Source: Chara braunii
Taxonomy: Eukaryota; Plantae; Charophyceae
DNA length: 55,401 bases
Assembly (NCBI GenBank): GCA_003427395.1
Contig: BFEA01000007.1
Location: forward strand, 897,080 to 952,480
Direction: 5' to 3'
Shown here: piece after piece, positions 50,094-55,401 of the stretch
How positions within the stretch are numbered: position 1 is the first letter of the stretch
How the letters are laid out: each line of letters begins with the position of its first letter
Notes under the pieces: model-generated
Database searches by the model: none
What the model was told of the DNA's origin: nothing
The model's input: the letters and a program-made list of their open reading frames with translations, nothing else
Translations under genes and position numbers: made by a program

Positions 50094-50382
50094 AACACTT
50101 TCCTCTTCTCTTTTTTGTTTTAAATAACGTTGACTGTAAGGGGCCCAGATGTTACAACTGAAATTGCAGGTTTGATTCCAGCAACCGGTCACACCCACCT
50201 ACGTGGCGAAGGGAGTTGCTGTTTGCATGTCTCAGGAGCAGTTCGCACCCACCCCAAGTTCGGTTGTCTGGTCAATTGTTGGGCCCCAATGGCAGCAATG
50301 TTGTTGAACCTCAACTGGATGCATGCATGCTAGCTACCGCTGGTGCAGGGGAGCGTATCCAAGGTCTGCAACCACTTCTTAA

Positions 50383-50581
50383 ACCACCAGTACTTGGCCC
50401 AGCTATCGCAGCCGAGCCTGGAAGTGCCCTGCGCGCCGTTTCCCACCGAAGCGCCAATTCGATTTTGGTTTTCGGAAAGGCTGGCGGCGCCAGCCTTCCA
50501 GGTCCGGTTGCCCGAAGCGCGAACTTCGCGTAGCGTTAACGCGAAGGCCCGCGGCCGATATATGGGCCAAGTACTGGTGGT
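50383..50581. mobile_element. MITE, 199 bp, TIR ACCACCAGTACTTGGCCCA, flanked by TTAA
   Basis: Perfect inverted repeats 50383-50401 and 50563-50581. TTAA at 50379-50382 and 50582-50585. Confidence 0.85.
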
Positions 50582-51292
50582 TTAAGGCAGAGCCAGTGGT
50601 CGAGTGTCTAGGAAAAGACTAGTCTGCTCCTTGGAAAACGTGGCCAGACACCCTTATGAACAATAAGTTTCAATAACCCTTCTCTGATGGCTTGGGAATT
50701 CATACACCCTGAGACGAAACAGTTGACACCTGTCCTACTCACTGTTTCCTGTGCATATCTGGGTGGGTGACAGTCGAGTTTGATTTTCGTCAGAAGGTAC
50801 ACACTACTGAAGGGCCGTGCTTGGTGCCGACCTTGGGGTATCTGGCACTGTGGGAGTGGCTGGTGCCCACTTGCCACTGGGGTTGAGGTGGATTTATGGG
50901 CCTAACTCCACGACAGGACACTCTATATGCATTTGGTCGCTTTCTAGAGCAGGTGCCCAACGTTTTGAATGATGGGGTCCAGGAACCGTCCAAATGCATG
51001 TAGAGTGTTGTGTAGTGGAGCCAGGCCCTAATCACTCAGAATATCATCTGTTAGGGACCTCTGCGGACTGTCAAGGTCTCAGACTTTGAACAAGTCGGCG
51101 AAACTCCGGTGAAACAGTCTGTCACTGTCACAGCCCTCCATTTCCAGTCATTTTCCCTCTCTCTCTGTATGGTTCACCTATTTCATGAAAGCTGAGTCGT
51201 ATCTTCTATATGTCCCCAATCTGCGTCTGCTTTTGGCATACGTTTTGCCGGCTGGGGTGCAGCCACAATACATTACATCATTTGCTGATTTA

Positions 51293-51458
51293 AACCACCA
51301 GTACTTGGCCCAAAAAAACAAAAACAAAAAAAAACACCAGTACTTGGCCCAGTGTAGAAACGTTTCTAGTCGGATGAATTTGGGTGCTCCTGTAATGGCC
51401 TGTACGGTTCCTAAATCATGGCTTGTATACGGGCACGACCTTAGGAAGTACTGGTGGT
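51293..51458. mobile_element. Second MITE with the same TIR and a different interior
   Basis: TTAA-ACCACCAGTACTTGGCCCA on the left and AAGTACTGGTGGT on the right (51446-51458). Confidence 0.7.
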
Positions 51459-51469
51459 TTTGGTGTTGG

Positions 51470-51908
51470 AAGTAGATGGCGGGATATCTTGCCGGAGTGA
51501 GGTAAAGAGGACGGATGGGGGTTTCTGAGACGTTTTCTGAAACTTTGCCTAGGTGAGTGGGAGAAGAAGGTTGGATATCAAGCGTCCTACTAGTGAGGGG
51601 GCCAGCTGGTAATAGGGTACAGCAGCAGCAGAGATGGTGGCTCTGCGGCAGTAAGACTTGCCGGAGTGAGGTAAAGAGGATGGAAGGGGGTCTGAGTCTT
51701 TTCCTGAATTTTGCCTATTTTCGGTAGCTTGTTTGTATCTCTTAATCTAGCTCTTAGCCAAAGCCGGGTAGTGGGCCCGGTACTGCAAACTTTCAATTTT
51801 TTTCAAAATCCTATGTAATTTTCTATATGGGACGCTGGGCCCGGTTCCCAGCACGTGCTGCTCCCCACGAATAGATTCGAGCTTTGTTCCCATTAAATAA
51901 AAAAAAAA
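51470..51908 (+). mobile_element. 5'-truncated retroelement, same family as 33294-34698, with module at 51829-51882
   Basis: Reverse-complement homology to 33330-33890. Ends TTTGTTCCCA followed by an A tail. Confidence 0.8.
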
Positions 51909-51919
51909 GATGAATCTTC

Positions 51920-52345
51920 AGTATGTCTGTCCATTCTCTGTGGGAAGGTGCACTTGTTTCATTTTTTTTTGTTGTGTGCCGTGTGGTGACGCCCTAAACC
52001 AATGGTGGCTACAGTGTCCCAGCAGGTGTGTCACCTGTATACAGGAATAGTACTTGTAGAGTCCTACCTCAATCAAGTTTTTCCCAGCTTCTTCTAGCCA
52101 GTGCCGGGGAGATGGTCCCGGACTTTTATCTTCTTTTCTTTCGCCCAAGTAATGCGATACTGGACCCGGTTTCGAGCAGACACATTTGTATGTATTTCTA
52201 ATGGGACGCTGGATCCGGTTTCCAGCAGGTGCAGCTCCACACCAATAGAAAGGAGCCATCTGGGGGGTCCTACCTGAGGGGCGGCTGGTATCACCTCAGG
52301 CAGCACTACCAGCGGATGATTTAAAATTTAAATACATTAAAAAAT
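51920..52345 (+). mobile_element. Short retro-insertion with module (52203-52256), stem-loop and A-rich end
   Basis: Flanked by GATGAATCTTC (51909-51919) and GATGAACCTTC (52346-52356). Confidence 0.7.
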
Positions 52346-52641
52346 GATGAACCTTCTTGAGAAAAGAAGGGGAATAGAAATGATTATGATCAGATCTTTA
52401 CTTGCCGCAGTCATTGGCCCCCAGAAAAAGGGACGGGGGGAAGATAATCATGACAGGGGGCAAGATGAGAGGTCATCATTTCATTCTGGGCTGGCTTCAG
52501 GTTAGCAAGAGGCCAGGATTTGCTGATGTAGTTCATAGCATTTTCATAGATTATCATAGATCATCATCATCATCATTGTCATCATCATCATCATCATCAT
52601 ATTTATTATCAGTAGTATTACCATCAAAATCTTTTCTGTAA

Positions 52642-52692
52642 GGGAAGCTGGGCCCTGTTCCCAGCAATTTTAAGAAAACAAAAGAAAAAAAG
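52642..52692 (+). other. First pseudoknot half only, followed by an A-rich tail
   Basis: GGG AA GCTGGG CCC TGTT CCCAGC preceded by CTGTAA, a context similar to the LINE copies. Confidence 0.6.
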
Positions 52693-52827
52693 GTTAGGAA
52701 GAACAGGCCTTTCTCACATAGAGCATGACGTTTTTCTGACTGAGGCCCATTGTGTTTGCCTCCCATCCAGCCACCAACTGAGGTAGATTGAAAAAAACTT
52801 CAAAAAGGGGAGGGGGGGGAAAGAGAC

Positions 52828-53240
52828 AACTGCGCCTGTGACCGCTGCACAGTTCAGAATTCACAGAAATAACAGTCCACTGCAAGATTCGGCCTAGACC
52901 AGTTAGAAACTGCAAGAAAAGCAGTAAATCATGCGTTCCACGGCCTACCGGTTCAATAATTGGCAAAAACAGGAGGTGGCGGTAGTGGTACCGCTCTTTT
53001 TCCCGTGGCCTGGCCTGGGAGCAGTTACCGGTAGCAGGCCCTCCCGTTTTTGGCTCGTTTCCGCAGGGGTGTGGCCTAGGCATCTCGGTCGTGGCCTAGA
53101 CATCTCGGCCGTAGCCCAGCCACAGGCATGGCCTAGACATCTCAGCCGTGGCCCAGTCATGGGTGTCTCCAAGACATCTCGGCCATGGCCCAGCCACGGG
53201 TGTGGCCTAGACAGCTCGGCCGTGGCATAAGCAGGCGCAA

Positions 53241-53282
<42 letters not shown>

Positions 53283-53449
53283 ATGAGTGGCCGCCTGATT
53301 TTGCCACTTCCGAACTTCCAACGGTTAGAAGTGCACAAAGCTGTTCTGTTTTTGCAGTTTCTAACTGCCCTCGCCCCAGAACCACAGTGCCCTGTTACTG
53401 TTATTCCTTCCTGCGAATTTGGAACTGTGCAGCAGTCACCCGCGTAGTT
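52828..53449. mobile_element. Fold-back element with long imperfect inverted repeats
   Basis: AACTGCGCCTGTGACCGCTGCACAGTTC...CAGTTAGAAACTGCAA...TGGCAAAA (52828-52980) is mirrored at 53290-53449. The interior has GTGGCCTAGACATCTCGGCC repeats and an A run. Confidence 0.6.
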
Positions 53450-54439
53450 ACTTCAAAAAACAAAACGAGAACTCAGGCCGATTTGTTTTTTGTGTGGTTC
53501 TTCTGAACCCTGTTAGGGTTTGAGGGAAAAACCAAAAAAGCCTGCGGGCCTAGCTCAGTTCGTAAGGCACAGAAGTTGCATTCATCAGGTCATGGGCTCA
53601 ACAGTACGTCCCTGACAAAGCTTCGTGTTCTACCAGCTAGAGATAACCTGTTGGCCCCCCAAGCCAGCATTGGCAGGACCTTGGCTGATGTTGTTGGCTG
53701 CTATGCGGCGACAATATTGGCCATTAGACAACACCATGTGGGGTTGGGGTGGGGTAGGGGAAGGTGCAGTGACTGGCCATTGCTCGATGCTAGCACCTCC
53801 GATTTCCCCTATCGGCAATGCCTGCCCACCCCTCATCAGTGTGATGAGGGAATGGTACAGCCTTGCTCTTGCAACACTGCTGTGGTGCCAACTTACCCCG
53901 TTGGCTAGGGAGAGATTGGGGTTGGTTGGTGCTCCCCCGTACTATACATAGACTAGCGAGAGGATGGGAAGGATGAGATAAATGAGTACTGGCATTTAAA
54001 AGAGAGAGAAGAAAGTAAANNNNNNNNNNNNNNNNNNNNNNNNNNNNNNNNNNNNNNNNNNNNNNNNNNNNNNNNNNNNNNNNNNNNNNNNNNNNNNNNN
54101 NNNNNNNNNNNNNNNNNNNNNNNNNNNNNNNNNNAAAAAAAAAAAGGAAAAAAAAAAGTTTTTTTTTTTTTTTTGTTTTTTTCCTAACCCTTAAGCTGCA
54201 TTGGCCGCGGGGGAGGCCGATGGTCCGCCGCGAGCCGGATTCGGGTTGAAGTTTTGATGACGGGCGGTGGATGAAGGCGATCCAGGGCGGGGGAGTGTGC
54301 AGAGGGGCGCGCGTACCAAAATGTTCACAGCGCGCCATGAAATGAAAGTGCGCTCCCATGGGGCCAGGCGGCGGTGGGCGTCGATCCGAGCGAATATCTT
54401 GAAGCGCCTGCCGTCGATAAGCGGCTGGTGAGTTTTTTG

Positions 54440-54670
54440 TTTGTTTTTCTTTTCGCTTTTGCAAGTTTTTTTTTTTTTTTTTTTTTTTTCTCTCTCTTCC
54501 ATTTTCCGGGCGCTTTCTTTTCATTTTCACAAGTTTTAGTCGTTTTGGCGCTTTCTTTTCGTTTTCGCAAGTTTTTGTTGTTTTGGCGCTTTCTTTTCGT
54601 TTTTGCAAGTTTCTTTCTATTCGTCGTTTTGGTGGTTTCTTTTCGTTTCCGCAAGTTTCTCTGGCGTTGG
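54440..54670. repeat. Degenerate ~40-bp T-rich tandem repeat (TTTTGGCGCTTTCTTTTCGTTTTCGCAAG)
   Basis: Four or five visible units. Confidence 0.7.
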
Positions 54671-55401
54671 CGCTGACAAAAGGAAGCGGGGTGGCGGGTG
54701 CGTCGCAGGCAGTCACCCACCTCTTCCCTCAGACTGCCAACCCCGCCCCCCACACTCACATAGTGGGTGTGTTCCACCCACCCCGCACACCCCCACCCCC
54801 ACACACACATATTAATATTTCGAAGTTCGCTATCAACAGTTGTTGTTGGGGTCTGAACCCACGCACAGATTTGAAATATGCAACTGCCCTAACCACACAG
54901 GTGGATTGGGTCCCTGTGTGGTTTTGGGGATTGCTTCTTTATGAAGTGTATCCAACGTCAGGCAGCTGACAGGGCAGAATATGCCTGTGTGTCCAAACCC
55001 TAACGTTGCACAGTTCGCAGCCTGTCAGGGTTGCGTTTTCCCCCCTTGAGACATTTCAACGTCAATCAAATTTCAACGTCGTGGTTGTCGAGAGGGTGGG
55101 CATTTTTAGGTTTTGGGGCTTTACAAGGGCCAGGACCGCGTAGGACCGATAGCTGCCCGTAGGAGGCCGAGGAGGCGGTGGTCCTCGAATTTGAAATGGT
55201 GTGGGTGCACTTTTCTCGAATAGCAGAGTACCTCGAATAGAAATCGTACACGTTGTATTCGACAACGTGTACCCTTTCTATTCGGATTTCGAAAAGAAAA
55301 AACTCTTGTATTCCAATACAATTACTAGTTTTTTTTTGGAGGTTAGCGCCTGCCCTTGTGCTCCCCGCCACTGACATGCTACATGTTGCAGATCTCTCTC
55401 T

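Noticed and set aside
53546-53620. tRNA-Ala gene
   Set aside because: An A box and TGC-like loop are present, but the stems and B box are broken and no cloverleaf forms.

Overview
Repeat-dense eukaryotic window with N gaps and no recognisable intact host gene. The plant-type U6 sequence and the element families suggest a green plant or streptophyte alga (Chara-like; inference only). It holds: a decayed chromodomain-bearing Ty3/Gypsy element with its 3' LTR; several solo or partial LTRs; a decayed, intron-containing DUF7869-type (Sola-like) DDD transposase; one near-full-length and several truncated L1/Tx1-clade LINEs; U6 snRNA retrocopies, including a head-to-tail dimer; MITE-like elements; microsatellites; and a Nextera mate-pair junction adapter that is an assembly artefact. 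The most interesting signal is a ~53-nt module (GGG-AC-GCTGGR-CCC-GKTT-YCCAGC-A-SGTG-NN-GCTCC-C-CACS-AATAGAT-GGAGC) found at eight loci (seven with both halves, one with only the first). It lies just upstream of the poly(A) tail of LINEs and short retro-insertions whose 3' UTRs otherwise fall into several unrelated types. It can fold into two tandem H-type pseudoknots with compensatory base changes, a geometry reminiscent of the tobamovirus upstream pseudoknot domain.
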